Part shown: one piece after another, positions 1 to 12,494 of the stretch
How positions within the stretch are numbered: position 1 is the first letter of the stretch
How the letters are laid out: every line of letters begins with the position of its first letter
Source: Gammaproteobacteria bacterium
GTDB lineage: Bacteria; Pseudomonadota; Gammaproteobacteria; SURF-13
Reading direction: 5' to 3'
Length of the DNA stretch: 64,000 nt
Assembly (NCBI GenBank): GCA_003599485.1
Contig: QZKM01000018.1
Span: forward strand, 278-64,277
Notes under the pieces: model-generated
The model's database searches: none
Told to the model about the DNA's origin: nothing
What the model saw: only the letters and a program-made list of their open reading frames with translations
Position numbers and translations under genes: made by a program

Positions 1-607
<607 letters not shown>

Positions 608-1744
608 TCATTGACGCAAATCCTCGAAGAATTTCTTGATGCCGTCCAGCCAGGAACTGGCGCGCGGGCTGTGTTTTCTGCCGCCTTCGCTGAGGCTCTG
701 CTCCAGTTCATTGAGCAACGCCTTCTGGCGCGCATTGAGGTTGACCGGTGTTTCCACCGTGACGCGGCATAACAGGTCGCCCGCCTCGCCGCCGCGCACC
801 GAACGCACGCCCTTGCCGCGCAGGCGGAACAGTTTTCCGGACTGCGTCTCCGGCGGGATTTTCAGCTTCACGCGGCCGTCCAATGTCGGCACTTCAAGCT
901 CGCCGCCCAGCGCCGCCGTGATGAACGAGACCGGCACCTCGCACAACAGATCGTTGCCTTCGCGGGCAAAAATGGGATGCTCGCGCACGTTGATGTGCAC
1001 GTACAGGTCGCCCGGCGGTCCGCCTTTGAAGCCCGCCTCGCCTTCGCCGCTGAGACGAATGCGGTCGCCGTTATCCACGCCCGCGGGTATTTTCACCGAC
1101 AGGGTTTTAGGCTCCTGGATGCGCCCTTGGCCGTGACAGGCGGCGCAGGGATCGCTGATGAGTTCGCCGCTGCCGCGGCAGCGCGGACAGGTTTGCTGCA
1201 AAGAGAAGAAGCCCTGCTGCATACGCACCTGGCCTTGACCGCCGCATGTGGGGCACACGGTGGGCTTGGTGCCGGGCTTGGCGCCGCTGCCGCCGCAGGC
1301 GCGGCAGGCGGCTTGCGCCGGAACGCGGATGTTGACGGTGGTGCCGTGCACCGCGTCTTCCAGACTGATGTCCAGGTTATAACGCAGATCGGCGCCGGCG
1401 TGCACCGCGCCCGCTCCGGCGCGCCCGGCGCCGAAGATATCGCCGAATACGTCACTGAAGATGTCCGTAAAGGCGGCGCCGCGGCCATGCGCCGCACCCG
1501 CCCCGGCCGCGGCGCCGGCGTCCACACCCGCGTGCCCAAACTGGTCGTAGGCGCTGCGTTTGCGCGCGTCGCTGAGGATTTCGTAGGCTTCCTTGGCCTC
1601 CTTGAACTTCTCTTCCGCCGTCTTGTCGTTGGGATTACGGTCGGGATGGAGCTTCATGGCCAAGCGGCGGTAGGCCTTCTTGATCTCCTCGTCGCTCGCG
1701 TTGCGCACCACGCCCAGCGTTTCGTAGTAATCGCGTTTTGCCAT
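608..1744 (-). CDS. dnaJ: Chaperone DnaJ
   Basis: J-domain with HPD, G/F region, four CxxCxGxG zinc repeats. Confidence 0.99.
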   Translation of the reverse strand: MAKRDYYETLGVVRNASDEEIKKAYRRLAMKLHPDRNPNDKTAEEKFKEAKEAYEILSDARKRSAYDQFGHAGVDAGAAAGAGAAHGRGAAFTDIFSDVFGDIFGAGRAGAGAVHAGADLRYNLDISLEDAVHGTTVNIRVPAQAACRACGGSGAKPGTKPTVCPTCGGQGQVRMQQGFFSLQQTCPRCRGSGELISDPCAACHGQGRIQEPKTLSVKIPAGVDNGDRIRLSGEGEAGFKGGPPGDLYVHINVREHPIFAREGNDLLCEVPVSFITAALGGELEVPTLDGRVKLKIPPETQSGKLFRLRGKGVRSVRGGEAGDLLCRVTVETPVNLNARQKALLNELEQSLSEGGRKHSPRASSWLDGIKKFFEDLRQ

Positions 1745-1767
1745 GTTGTTTGCCGGACCCTGAAACG

Positions 1768-1796
1768 CAAACGCAGAGCACCGTGCTCTGCGTTTG
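1768..1796 (-). terminator. Perfect 14-bp inverted repeat between dnaK and dnaJ (attenuator or mRNA-stability hairpin)
   Basis: CAAACGCAGAGCAC-C-GTGCTCTGCGTTTG; only a weak U-tract follows. Confidence 0.55.
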
Positions 1797-1832
1797 TACT
1801 GCCTTGCATTCTAACATCAAAATAACGGCAGT

Positions 1833-3755
<1,923 letters not shown>

Positions 3756-3819
3756 GTTTTAATTCTCCTTGATAAACAATGGCATGTGCGGATTTTGCGC
3801 ACCTTGCCGAATAGGGGGT

Positions 3820-3848
3820 ATATAAGGCTGGGTAAGCATGGTTTCAAG
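3820..3848 (-). promoter_or_regulatory. Putative sigma32 promoter for dnaK
   Basis: Minus strand CTTGAA-N15-CCTTATAT versus consensus CTTGAA-N13..17-CCCCATNT. Confidence 0.6.
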
Positions 3849-4383
3849 CCCCGGCGCCGTCCGCGGCGGGCGCCTTGGCCACGATCACCAGCGCCGGGCG
3901 GATGACCCGGTCATGCAGCAGGTAGCCCTTTTGACACACGGTAAGCACGGTGTCCGGCGCGGCGTCTGGCGATTCCACGGCCGACATCGCCTGATGCAGT
4001 TTGGGGTCGAATTTCTGCCCCGCCGGGTCAAGCGTCTTGACGTTGAACTTTTCCAATACATTACTGAGCAGCTTGCGGGTGAGCGTCATGCCCTCCACCA
4101 GTTTATCCGCCGCGGCATGGCCCGCCGCCGCGGCCAGCCCGGACTCCAGACTGTCCATCACCGGCAGCAGTTCGCCGACAATCCTCTCCAGGCCGTATTT
4201 GTGCGCGGCCTCGATGTCGCGCTCCGCGCGCTTGCGGAAATTCTCCATCTCGGCGCGCGCGCGCAACACCTGATCCCAGTGCGCGTCCGCCTTGGCGCGT
4301 GCGTCTTCCAGCAGCAGATGCAGTTCCTGTGTTCCGGATACGGGCGGCTGTTCACTGGCAGCCGTTACGTTTTCTTCCGTCAT
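3844..4383 (-). CDS. grpE: Nucleotide exchange factor GrpE
   Basis: RARAEMENFRKR, FDPKLHQAM, QKGYLLHDRVIRPALV. Confidence 0.98.
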   Translation of the reverse strand: MTEENVTAASEQPPVSGTQELHLLLEDARAKADAHWDQVLRARAEMENFRKRAERDIEAAHKYGLERIVGELLPVMDSLESGLAAAAGHAAADKLVEGMTLTRKLLSNVLEKFNVKTLDPAGQKFDPKLHQAMSAVESPDAAPDTVLTVCQKGYLLHDRVIRPALVIVAKAPAADGAGA

Positions 4384-4423
4384 GGGTCACTCTAAAATAA
4401 TTGAAAAACTGACAATACCCAAC

Positions 4424-4451
4424 AATGTGGGCGGTTCAACGCTGAGTCAAG
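4424..4451 (-). promoter_or_regulatory. Putative sigma32 promoter for grpE
   Basis: Minus strand CTTGAC-N14-CCCACATT overlapping the hrcA stop. Confidence 0.45.
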
Positions 4452-5479
4452 GCCGCCCCGAGCAACCTGGCGGTGATATCCACCAGCGGTATCACGCGCT
4501 CATAGCCCATGCGCGTCGGCCCCACCACGCCCAGCACACCCGCCACCTGGCCGCCCGCCTCGTAAGGCGCGGTGATCAGACTGTAATCCTCCAGCGCGTC
4601 ATAACCCGACTCCGCGCCAATGAAGATTTGCACTCCCTTCGCGTGCAGGCACTGATCCAGCAGATGCAGAATGTCACGTTTCTGGTTAAACACCTCGAAC
4701 AACTGGCGCAGCTTCTCCACGCTGTCGGTCTCCGCGCGCGACAGCAAATGCGCCTGCCCCTTGACCACGTAATCCGGCTCGGATTCCGGCACGGCAAAGG
4801 CCTTGTCCGCCATCTCGATGGCCAGGCGCATCATGTCGTTCATGCGTTCGCGCGTCTCTTGCAGTTCCTTGAGCAGGGTTTCGCGCACGGTATGCAAATC
4901 CTGCCCCGCGCACAGGCTGTTAAGATAATTCGCCGCCTGTTGCAGCTCTGACGGACTGTACTGGCGCGCGGTGTGGATGATGCGGTTCTGCACTTCGCGC
5001 TCGTTGGTGACGAGTATCACCAGCACGCGATTTTCCGACAGCGGCAGGAATTCCACCTGGCGCAACACCGGCTGGAGGCGGCGCGGCAACAGCACCAGAC
5101 TGGCCAGCTTGCTCACCTCGGACAGTACGTTGGAAGCGGTCTCCATGAGATCGCCGATATCCTTGTCCGGGTCGAGTTCGCTTTGCAGCCGCCGTACCTC
5201 GCCGCTGGCGGGCGGTTGCATGGTGAGCAGGCTGTCCACGAAAAAGCGGTAGCCCTGCGCGGTGGGAATGCGCCCGGCCGAGGTATGCGGTGAAGTGATG
5301 AGCCCCATATCCTCCAGGTCGGCCATCACGTTGCGGATGGTCGCCGGGCTCAGTTCGAAGCCCGTGTCGCGCGCCAGCGCGCGCGAACTCACCGGCTGTC
5401 CCTCACTGATATAACGCTCCACCAGCACGCGCAACAACTGCCGCGCACGGTCGCCGATGACAGCCGGATTGCTCACCAT
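4436..5479 (-). CDS. hrcA: Heat-inducible transcription repressor HrcA
   Basis: SPATIRNVMADLE, PHTSAGRIPT, GVVGPTRM motifs; start placed at ATG 5479. Confidence 0.97.
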   Translation of the reverse strand: MVSNPAVIGDRARQLLRVLVERYISEGQPVSSRALARDTGFELSPATIRNVMADLEDMGLITSPHTSAGRIPTAQGYRFFVDSLLTMQPPASGEVRRLQSELDPDKDIGDLMETASNVLSEVSKLASLVLLPRRLQPVLRQVEFLPLSENRVLVILVTNEREVQNRIIHTARQYSPSELQQAANYLNSLCAGQDLHTVRETLLKELQETRERMNDMMRLAIEMADKAFAVPESEPDYVVKGQAHLLSRAETDSVEKLRQLFEVFNQKRDILHLLDQCLHAKGVQIFIGAESGYDALEDYSLITAPYEAGGQVAGVLGVVGPTRMGYERVIPLVDITARLLGAALTQR

Positions 5480-5513
5480 AACACCCTGACTTTGCTGATA
5501 AATCATTGCTATT

Positions 5514-5540
5514 TTAGCACTCGCACGAAGCGAGCGCCAT
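5514..5540. promoter_or_regulatory. CIRCE-like element (HrcA operator)
   Basis: TTAGCACTC-N9-GAGCGCCAT versus consensus TTAGCACTC-N9-GAGTGCTAA (left arm 9/9, right arm 6/9), just upstream of hrcA. Confidence 0.75.
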
Positions 5541-5607
5541 GCCCGGTGTGCACCCTGCGCGGCCGGCGGGGATGGATGAAGCGCGGGCGATATGTTAAGT
5601 TTGCGCT

Positions 5608-6510
5608 ATGTCGCCGCCTGCAAAATCCAAATCCATACAAGCGTTTAAATCCGCCGGCCTGATCGGCAAGTATGGCGATCCCGGCGCGGGCGGCACGCTC
5701 AGGGAACTCAGCGGCTATCTCCGGCAGCGCCGCATCGAGGTGTTGCTGGACGAAGGCACGGCGCAGTTGCTGCCCGGCCACGGGCTGGAAACCGGCTCGC
5801 GCGATGAGATAGGCAGGCGTTGCGATCTGGTGATTGTGATCGGCGGCGACGGCACCCTGCTCAACGCAGCGCGCTCGCTGGTGAGTTTCGGCATCCCGCT
5901 GCTCGGCGTGAATCTGGGCCGGCTCGGTTTTCTGGTGGATATTTCATCGCAGGAAATGACGCAGCGGCTGGATGATATCCTCGCCGGGCATTACCTCGAG
6001 GAAAAACGGCTGTTGCTGCACGCCTCGGTGGAACGCGATGGCGAGGTAACCAGCGCGAGCGATGCGTTTAATGACGTGGTGCTGCACAAATGGGACGCCG
6101 CGCGCATGATCGAATTCGACGTGCACATCAACGGGCGATTCGTGAACACCTACCGCTCCGACGGCATGATCGTCTCCACCCCCACCGGCTCGACGGCGTA
6201 TGCCTTGTCCAGCAACGGGCCGATCCTGCATCCCACGCTTGACGCGGTGGCGCTGGTGCCGATTTGCCCGCATACCATGAGCAACCGCCCCATCGTGGTG
6301 GAAAGCGGCAGCCGCATCGAGATCAAGGTGGATGAGGCCAGCGCAAAGAACGCGCGCATCACCTGCGACGGCCAGATCAGCCTGAGCTTGACGCCTGGCG
6401 CGCGCGTCGTCGTCGGTAAAAAAGATCAATGCGTGCGGCTGATACACCCCGCCAACTACGACTACTACCAGATGCTGCGCGCCAAGCTGCATTGGGGGGA
6501 AAATTTCTAG
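5608..6510 (+). CDS. nadK: NAD kinase
   Basis: GGDGT, GRLGFL, TPTGSTAY motifs; hrcA/nadK/recN synteny. Confidence 0.97.
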   Translation: MSPPAKSKSIQAFKSAGLIGKYGDPGAGGTLRELSGYLRQRRIEVLLDEGTAQLLPGHGLETGSRDEIGRRCDLVIVIGGDGTLLNAARSLVSFGIPLLGVNLGRLGFLVDISSQEMTQRLDDILAGHYLEEKRLLLHASVERDGEVTSASDAFNDVVLHKWDAARMIEFDVHINGRFVNTYRSDGMIVSTPTGSTAYALSSNGPILHPTLDAVALVPICPHTMSNRPIVVESGSRIEIKVDEASAKNARITCDGQISLSLTPGARVVVGKKDQCVRLIHPANYDYYQMLRAKLHWGENF

Positions 6511-6522
6511 CAAGGGTCATTC

Positions 6523-8226
6523 ATGCTGACGCATCTTGGCATCCGCGATTTCGCCATCATTGAAAATCTGGATCTCGATCTCGGCGAGGGCATGACCGTG
6601 CTCACCGGCGAGACCGGCGCGGGCAAGTCCATCATCGTGGACGCGTTGCTGCTCGCCCTGGGCGGGCGCGCCGGGAACGGCATGATCCGCCACGGCGCGA
6701 CGCGCGCCGAAATCAGCGCCAGTTTCGATCTCGGAAAAATCCCGCGCGCGCGCGCGTGGCTGGATGAGCACGATCTGGAGGACGCGCCGGACTGCGTGCT
6801 GCGCCGCATCATCACCCGGGAAGGCCGCTCCAAGGCCTACATCAACGCCTCCAGCGTGCCGCTGCAACTGTTGCAGGAGCTGGGCGATCTGCTGGTAGAC
6901 ATCCACGGCCAGCATGAGCATCAGTCACTGTTGCAGCGCAACGCGCAACGTGAGCATCTGGATGATTACGCCGGTCACGCCCCACTGCTGGCCGATCTCG
7001 CGTCCCTGCATAAGCGCTGGATTAACAGCGCGCGCGAACTGGACACCCTGCTGCGAGCCCAGAGCGAGCGCGAAACCCGGCTCACCCTGCTGCGCTATCA
7101 GGTGCAGGAACTGGATGCGCTGAAGCTGGAGCCCGGTGAGTGGCCGGCGCTGAATGCCGAACATGCGCGGCTTGCCAACGTAAACCGTCTGCTGGAAACC
7201 GCGCAGGGCGCGCTGTCCGCATTATATGAAAATGAACAGGGCTCGGCCTTGGGGCTGCTCACACGCAGCGCGAACGAGCTGCAGAAGCTGCATGAATATG
7301 ACGCCAAGCTGATAAAGCTGAGCGAACTGCTCGACGGCGCCGCCATTCAACTGCACGAGGCGGTGAATGAACTGCGTCATTATCTCGATCACCTGGAAGG
7401 CGATCCTGAGCGCCTGCACAAGGTGGAGCAGCGTCTGGCCGATATTCATGACCTGGCGCGCAAGCATCGCGTATCGCCGGATGAATTACCCGGCCTGCAT
7501 CAACGCCTGGCGGAGGAATTGGCCAATATCGAAGGCGCTGACGCGCGCCTGGAACAACTGCAAAAGGAAACTGCCGCGTCACGCGCGGCCTACCTCGCGC
7601 TGGCGGAAAAATTGAGCACCGCGCGCGCGAGACAGGCCGGGGAATTGCAAAAGCTGGTGACGGCGCGCATGCAACAGCTCGGTATGCCGGGCGGACGGTT
7701 TGAAATTCAGCTCGAGCGCGTGGCGGAAGATCAATACGCGGTGCATGGTCTGGATCGGGTGGAGTTTCTGGTGAGCGCCAATCCCGGCCAGCCGCTCAAG
7801 CCCCTGAACAAGGTCGCCTCCGGCGGCGAGTTGTCGCGCATCAGCCTCGCCATACAGGTCATCAGCGCGCAGAGCGGTCGCATCCCGACCTTGATCTTCG
7901 ATGAGGTGGACGTCGGCGTCGGTGGCGGCGTGGCGGAGATCGTGGGACAGCAGTTACGCGCCTTGAGCGGACAGCGCCAGGTGTTGTGCGTGACGCACCT
8001 GCCGCAGGTGGCGGCGCAAGGGCGGCATCACATCCAGGTGAGCAAGGAGACCAGAAAAGAGGCCACAAACATCACGCTGCGGCCGCTTGACGTCGAGGAA
8101 CGGCGGGATGAGATCGCGCGCATGCTGGGCGGGGTGAAAATCACCGAACAGACACTGGCCCACGCCGGCGAGATGCTGGACAACGCTCAGATCAAGGAGT
8201 CAAAAGTCAAAAGAGCCAAGGGCTGA
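6523..8226 (+). CDS. recN: DNA repair protein RecN
   Basis: TGETGAGKS Walker A, ASGGELSR signature, FDEVD. Confidence 0.98.
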   Translation: MLTHLGIRDFAIIENLDLDLGEGMTVLTGETGAGKSIIVDALLLALGGRAGNGMIRHGATRAEISASFDLGKIPRARAWLDEHDLEDAPDCVLRRIITREGRSKAYINASSVPLQLLQELGDLLVDIHGQHEHQSLLQRNAQREHLDDYAGHAPLLADLASLHKRWINSARELDTLLRAQSERETRLTLLRYQVQELDALKLEPGEWPALNAEHARLANVNRLLETAQGALSALYENEQGSALGLLTRSANELQKLHEYDAKLIKLSELLDGAAIQLHEAVNELRHYLDHLEGDPERLHKVEQRLADIHDLARKHRVSPDELPGLHQRLAEELANIEGADARLEQLQKETAASRAAYLALAEKLSTARARQAGELQKLVTARMQQLGMPGGRFEIQLERVAEDQYAVHGLDRVEFLVSANPGQPLKPLNKVASGGELSRISLAIQVISAQSGRIPTLIFDEVDVGVGGGVAEIVGQQLRALSGQRQVLCVTHLPQVAAQGRHHIQVSKETRKEATNITLRPLDVEERRDEIARMLGGVKITEQTLAHAGEMLDNAQIKESKVKRAKG

Positions 8227-8236
8227 TCCACGCGCG

Positions 8237-8836
8237 TTACCAGTAACGCACGCGGCCTGTATCCAAGTGCACGAAATTGGGGCCGCGGTAATAGCCCACA
8301 CCGCCGCCTTGCAACGCCATCGCCGCCTTGCGCACCTGCGCGAGGTCGCGCCCCGGCACGCGGACGTCTATCGCCATGCCGTGCATATGCAAACTGCGTT
8401 TGGCCACGCCGCCACTGCGTTCCGCCAGCCGGGCGTTGGTTTCCGGTGAACGGTAGGCCGAAATGATGTGAAACGGCTCGCGTGTGCGCAGCTTCAGCTT
8501 CAATTCGTACAGCAAATCGAGCACGCGCGCGTCCATCTCGCCCACGGCATCGCTGTAATGATCGCGCAGCACGTAGTTAATCTCGCTCAGCGCTTCGGGA
8601 ATATACGCCCCCTCCATGCTGTACACCAGCTTGAGCTTCTCGCCGGTATGCGTGTTGTAGAAGGCGATCTCGCGCGCGGACTCCACGGCGCGGTTTGGCT
8701 TGGCCCAGGCGGTCGCGGGCAACAGCCCAGCCACGCCTGCCGCCACGCCGAACTTTAAAAAGCCGCGCCGGTTCAGGCTTTTCTGTCCAGTGCGGCCATT
8801 TCCCCCGGCCTGCTCGTCGAATCTGTCATCATTCAT
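8237..8836 (-). CDS. Tat-exported YcbK/MepK-like peptidase M15 (DUF882)
   Basis: NRRGFLK Tat motif, NTHTGE, SAYRSPETN, SLHMHGMAID, FVHLDTG. Confidence 0.9.
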   Translation of the reverse strand: MNDDRFDEQAGGNGRTGQKSLNRRGFLKFGVAAGVAGLLPATAWAKPNRAVESAREIAFYNTHTGEKLKLVYSMEGAYIPEALSEINYVLRDHYSDAVGEMDARVLDLLYELKLKLRTREPFHIISAYRSPETNARLAERSGGVAKRSLHMHGMAIDVRVPGRDLAQVRKAAMALQGGGVGYYRGPNFVHLDTGRVRYW

Positions 8837-9749
8837 GTTCTGTCTCCTGCTTCTCCCTATTTTGTTCGACCTGCGAAGCGCCGACCTCGCGCGCCAGCCC
8901 TTCCTTCTGTTTGAGTACTTGCGCCGCCTTTTCCCAGGCTATCATCTCTGTGATTCCGGCCTCGGCGGCCAGATGCTGCACCCTTTTTAACGGATTGCCC
9001 CCTCGTTTGTAAACATCCGGGTGTGCTTCAAGAAAGATACGCCCACCCGGAAGCTGCGCCAGCAAAACAGGCTGATATATAATTTTACCAGCAAGATTAA
9101 CGGAGATGTGGGGAAATAACTCGAAAATGTCATCCGGATGTAAACGGATGCAACCGTGGCTTTGAAACCGGTATACACTGGTAGGTGCAATGGTGCCGTG
9201 TATGCCGATACTCGGCAGGCTGAGCCCCAGCCAGTACTTTCCCAAGGGATTGTCGGGACCGGGCGGAACCCTGGTTACCACTTCCTTCCCTTCCCGGCGC
9301 ATCTCCTCCTGAATGGAGAGCGGCACATCCCAAGTGGGGTTTTCCTCCAGAGTGAGCACCGTGAACTTGCCCGTGGGCGTAGGCCAGTCGGGGCGCCCCA
9401 GACCGACCGGATACGAGGCGAACAGCGCTTCATCCTTGAAGAAAAACAACATGCGCTGCGGCAGGTTGATGAGGATGCCCGTGCTCAGGCCTTCCGGCAC
9501 GATGTGCCGGTTCTCCACGCGCAGTTCTTGCCCGGGCTGGAGACGCGCGTTGGACTCCAGGCCATTGAGTCGCGCGAGCAGCGCCGCGTCCACGCCAAAA
9601 CGCGAGCCAATCTTGCCGAGCGAGTCGTCCTTTTGCACCGTATAGGTAAACTCGCCGCCGGTGAGGATGTCCGGCAGGCGCGGCGTGTCGTTTGCGGCGG
9701 CGGCGATGCTGACCGCAGCCAGCAGACAGGAGAATATCCGGCTTTTCAT
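8829..9749 (-). CDS. LysM + YkuD L,D-transpeptidase
   Basis: Signal peptide, YTVQKDDSL LysM, PGPDNPLG, IHGT...SHGCIRL catalytic motif. Confidence 0.92.
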   Translation of the reverse strand: MKSRIFSCLLAAVSIAAAANDTPRLPDILTGGEFTYTVQKDDSLGKIGSRFGVDAALLARLNGLESNARLQPGQELRVENRHIVPEGLSTGILINLPQRMLFFFKDEALFASYPVGLGRPDWPTPTGKFTVLTLEENPTWDVPLSIQEEMRREGKEVVTRVPPGPDNPLGKYWLGLSLPSIGIHGTIAPTSVYRFQSHGCIRLHPDDIFELFPHISVNLAGKIIYQPVLLAQLPGGRIFLEAHPDVYKRGGNPLKRVQHLAAEAGITEMIAWEKAAQVLKQKEGLAREVGASQVEQNREKQETEHE

Positions 9750-9812
9750 TATTTTTTAAACCCGTCCAGTCAGGTTTAATTCATGCCGGATAGCGGCTGT
9801 ACGATCCGCCGA

Positions 9813-10265
9813 TTATGCTCCCTTAACGCGCTGGCAAGCCGCGCAGATGCCGTAGATGTAGAGCGAATGATCGGTCATGGAAAAACCGGCCTTTTTGGCG
9901 ATGGCGCGCTGGCGCTCTTCGATCATTTCGTCCATGAATTCTTCCACCTTGCCGCACTTCACGCACAGGATATGATCGTGATGCTTGCCTTCGTTGAGCT
10001 CGAACACCGAGTGGCCGCCCTCGAAGTGATGGCGCGACACCAGCCCGGCGGATTCAAACTGGGTCAGCACGCGGTACACGGTGGCAAGACCCACGTCCTC
10101 GCCGCCTTCGAGCAGGCTCTTGTAGATATCCTCGGCGCTCAGGTGGCGCTCCGGACTGCTTTCCAGCATCTGCAGAATCTTGATGCGCGGCAGCGTGGCC
10201 TTGAGCCCGGCGTTTTTCAAATCGCGGCTTTCAGCCTGGGTTCCCGTTTCCGTAGTCCGTTTCAC
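9813..10265 (-). CDS. fur: Ferric uptake regulator
   Basis: GLKATLPR, GLATVYRVL, HHDH, CxxC; start uncertain (GTG). Confidence 0.96.
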   Translation of the reverse strand: MKRTTETGTQAESRDLKNAGLKATLPRIKILQMLESSPERHLSAEDIYKSLLEGGEDVGLATVYRVLTQFESAGLVSRHHFEGGHSVFELNEGKHHDHILCVKCGKVEEFMDEMIEERQRAIAKKAGFSMTDHSLYIYGICAACQRVKGA

Positions 10266-10326
10266 TTAAAAGCGCCCTTGCGTTATCATGCAACAATCAT
10301 TAAACATCAACCGTCCGGCCCCGTTC

Positions 10327-10722
10327 ATGCATAAGCTTCGCATTGTTTCGCTCTTGAGCGCAAGTCTCGCGCTCGCGGGCTGCCCTTCCGTGCCCATCCC
10401 CGGCGTCCATAAGATAGACATCCAGCAGGGCAACATCATCACCCAGGAGATGGTGAGCAAACTCAAGCCCGGCATGACCAAAAATCAGGTCAAGTTCGTG
10501 CTCGGCACCCCGCCCATCACCGACGCCTTCCACCAGGACCGCTGGGACTATGTGTACAGCCTGCAACAGGGCGGCGGCGAGCGCCAGCAGCGGCGTCTCA
10601 CGCTGTTTTTTGACGGCGACAAGCTCACCCGCATCGAAGGCGACATCAAGCCCGCGTCCACTCCTCCAAACCAGCCGGACAGTGCGACTCAGAGCGAGAG
10701 CCCTGACCCGGCGGAAAACTAA
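10327..10722 (+). CDS. bamE: Outer membrane protein assembly lipoprotein BamE
   Basis: Lipobox LAGC, IQQGN, GMTKNQV, RWDYVY; divergent from fur. Confidence 0.95.
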   Translation: MHKLRIVSLLSASLALAGCPSVPIPGVHKIDIQQGNIITQEMVSKLKPGMTKNQVKFVLGTPPITDAFHQDRWDYVYSLQQGGGERQQRRLTLFFDGDKLTRIEGDIKPASTPPNQPDSATQSESPDPAEN

Positions 10723-11051
10723 CCCCCGGCCTTGACCTGCTGCCCGGCGCGCTGCTTACGCGCCTGCCTGGGGTCGGCGATGAGCGGCCGGTTGATCTCC
10801 ACCCGGTCGCGCGCGCGCAGAATCTGGTCGAGTTTGGCGAGCTTGCCGTACACGCTCACCTTGTTCACGTTGAGATCAATCTCCGGGAAACGCTCCAGAA
10901 TACCGGAGGCGTGGATCGCCTGCTCCAATGTGCTGCCCGCGGGCAATTCCAGCGGCAGAATGACCTGCACATCCGGCCGCGCATAGGCGACCTCCACGTT
11001 AATCGTGCGCGCCCCAGCCTGCGCCGCGGCAGGCAGGTCAGCGTTTGCCAT
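10719..11051 (-). CDS. ratB: RnfH/RatB ubiquitin-like protein
   Basis: VEVAYA...SGILERFPEIDL...DRVEINRPLIADP; start at ATG 11051. Confidence 0.9.
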   Translation of the reverse strand: MANADLPAAAQAGARTINVEVAYARPDVQVILPLELPAGSTLEQAIHASGILERFPEIDLNVNKVSVYGKLAKLDQILRARDRVEINRPLIADPRQARKQRAGQQVKAGG

Positions 11052-11469
11052 ACACCTGCCTTGCGCGTTCGCAAAAGGCGTCCACCAGGCTGTTGCTGAT
11101 CTGGTTGAACACCGGGCCGAACGCCAGCCCGACCAATTTGTTGTGAAACTCAAAATCAAGATCGAGACTCACCTTGCAGGCCTCTTCGCCCAGCGTGTCG
11201 AAACGCCAGAAACCCTCCAGGTGACGGAACGGCCCCTGCACCAGGCGCATCTCGATCATCTTGTTTTTTTGCAGCCGGTTGCAGGTGGTGAAGGACTTGT
11301 GCACCCCCCCATAGGCGATTTCCATCTCACCGTGCACCTCGTCTTCGTTGCGGCTCAGCTCGCGCGAAGCACGGCACCAGGGCAGGAATTTGTAATAAGA
11401 AGCGACATCATCCACCAGGGCGTACATATCGCCTGCCGCGTAGGGCACCAGCGCGCTTTTGCTGATCAT
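11038..11469 (-). CDS. ratA: RatA/PasT (Coq10-like START domain)
   Basis: MYALVDDV...FLPWC, GPFRHLEGFWRF; start at ATG 11469. Confidence 0.93.
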   Translation of the reverse strand: MISKSALVPYAAGDMYALVDDVASYYKFLPWCRASRELSRNEDEVHGEMEIAYGGVHKSFTTCNRLQKNKMIEMRLVQGPFRHLEGFWRFDTLGEEACKVSLDLDFEFHNKLVGLAFGPVFNQISNSLVDAFCERARQVYGKR

Positions 11470-11557
11470 GGCGCTATTATCGCCGACTTCCTGAAGCGGC
11501 TCAACGCGACCTTGAATCTCTGTTATTCCGGTAGCGCGGGCACTATATAATGCCTCT

Positions 11558-12025
11558 ATGAGCAAAGAGAAACCCGCGCCGCGCACCGTCGCCGTCAACA
11601 AGAAGGCGCGCCATGACTACTTTCTGGAAGGCCGGGTCGAGGCCGGCATGGCCCTGCAAGGCTGGGAAGTCAAAAGCCTGCGCGCCGGGCGCATTCAACT
11701 GAAGGAAAGCTACGTGCTGCTGAAAAACGGCGAAGCTTGGCTGTTCGGCGCCCACCTCTCCCCTCTCCCCACCGCCTCCACTCACGTCCACCCCGACCCC
11801 TTGCGCACGCGCAAACTGCTGCTGCACAAGGACGAACTGAACAAGCTCATCGGCGCGGTGGAGCGCAAGGGCTACACCCTGGTGCCGCTTTCGATTTACT
11901 GGAAAAACGGCCGCGCCAAACTGGAAATCTCCCTCGCCAAGGGCAAGCAGACGCACGACAAGCGCAATGCCGAACGCGACCGCGACTGGCAGCGCGAGAA
12001 GCAGCGCTTGCTGAAAACACGCTGA
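11558..12025 (+). CDS. smpB: SsrA-binding protein
   Basis: [32 protein letters not shown]. Confidence 0.98.
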   Translation: MSKEKPAPRTVAVNKKARHDYFLEGRVEAGMALQGWEVKSLRAGRIQLKESYVLLKNGEAWLFGAHLSPLPTASTHVHPDPLRTRKLLLHKDELNKLIGAVERKGYTLVPLSIYWKNGRAKLEISLAKGKQTHDKRNAERDRDWQREKQRLLKTR

Positions 12026-12075
12026 CGTGGCATGGAACCCGGCATAGGGGTATACTGTCTTATCTGTAACTCATT

Positions 12076-12444
12076 GGGGGCGACCCGGTTTCGACGTGGG
12101 TCACAAAACCTGAGGGGCATGCCGAGGTGCAGTTCACCTCGTAAATCAAACTGCACAAATATAGTTGCCAACGACGACAACTACGCCTTAGCGGCCTAAT
12201 CCCCGCTAACCTCTGACTGAAGCCGTGCTTGTGCGTTCAGGTCCGCAAGGACATTCAGGGGACGACGCTCACAAGATCGCGCTGCGGCCCGTCCGTGGTC
12301 AACGCGCTAAAGCTCTGACGGACTCGCCTGCTGTGTTCCCTGCCTGTCGGGTAACGGCCGGTTAAACTCAAAGATGAGGCTACGCATGTAGAACCAAGGG
12401 CGGCGGACTTGCGGACGTGGGTTCGATTCCCACCGCCTCCACCA
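12076..12444 (+). ncRNA. ssrA: tmRNA; tag peptide ANDDNYALAA encoded at 12167-12199
   Basis: 5' GGGGGCGA...TTCGAC, 3' GGTTCGATTCC...CGCCTCCACCA acceptor stem, tag ORF GCCAACGACGACAACTACGCCTTAGCGGCCTAA; follows smpB. Confidence 0.97.
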
Positions 12445-12451
12445 TCCAACC

Positions 12452-12480
12452 AAGGCCGGGCATCTCCGGCCTTATTTTTT
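12452..12480 (+). terminator. Rho-independent terminator after ssrA
   Basis: AAGGCCGG-GCATCT-CCGGCCTT followed by ATTTTTT. Confidence 0.8.
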
Positions 12481-12494
12481 CATCCATCTGCCAA

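Noticed and set aside
11038..11469. ratA-ratB as a toxin-antitoxin or defence system
   Set aside because: This is the conserved housekeeping pair beside smpB; RatA is a Coq10-like protein
11768..11781. 14-bp match CCCACCGCCTCCAC in smpB to the tmRNA 3' end (12429-12442), suggesting an att duplication
   Set aside because: It lies upstream of ssrA inside conserved SmpB coding sequence (PTAST); best explained as coincidence
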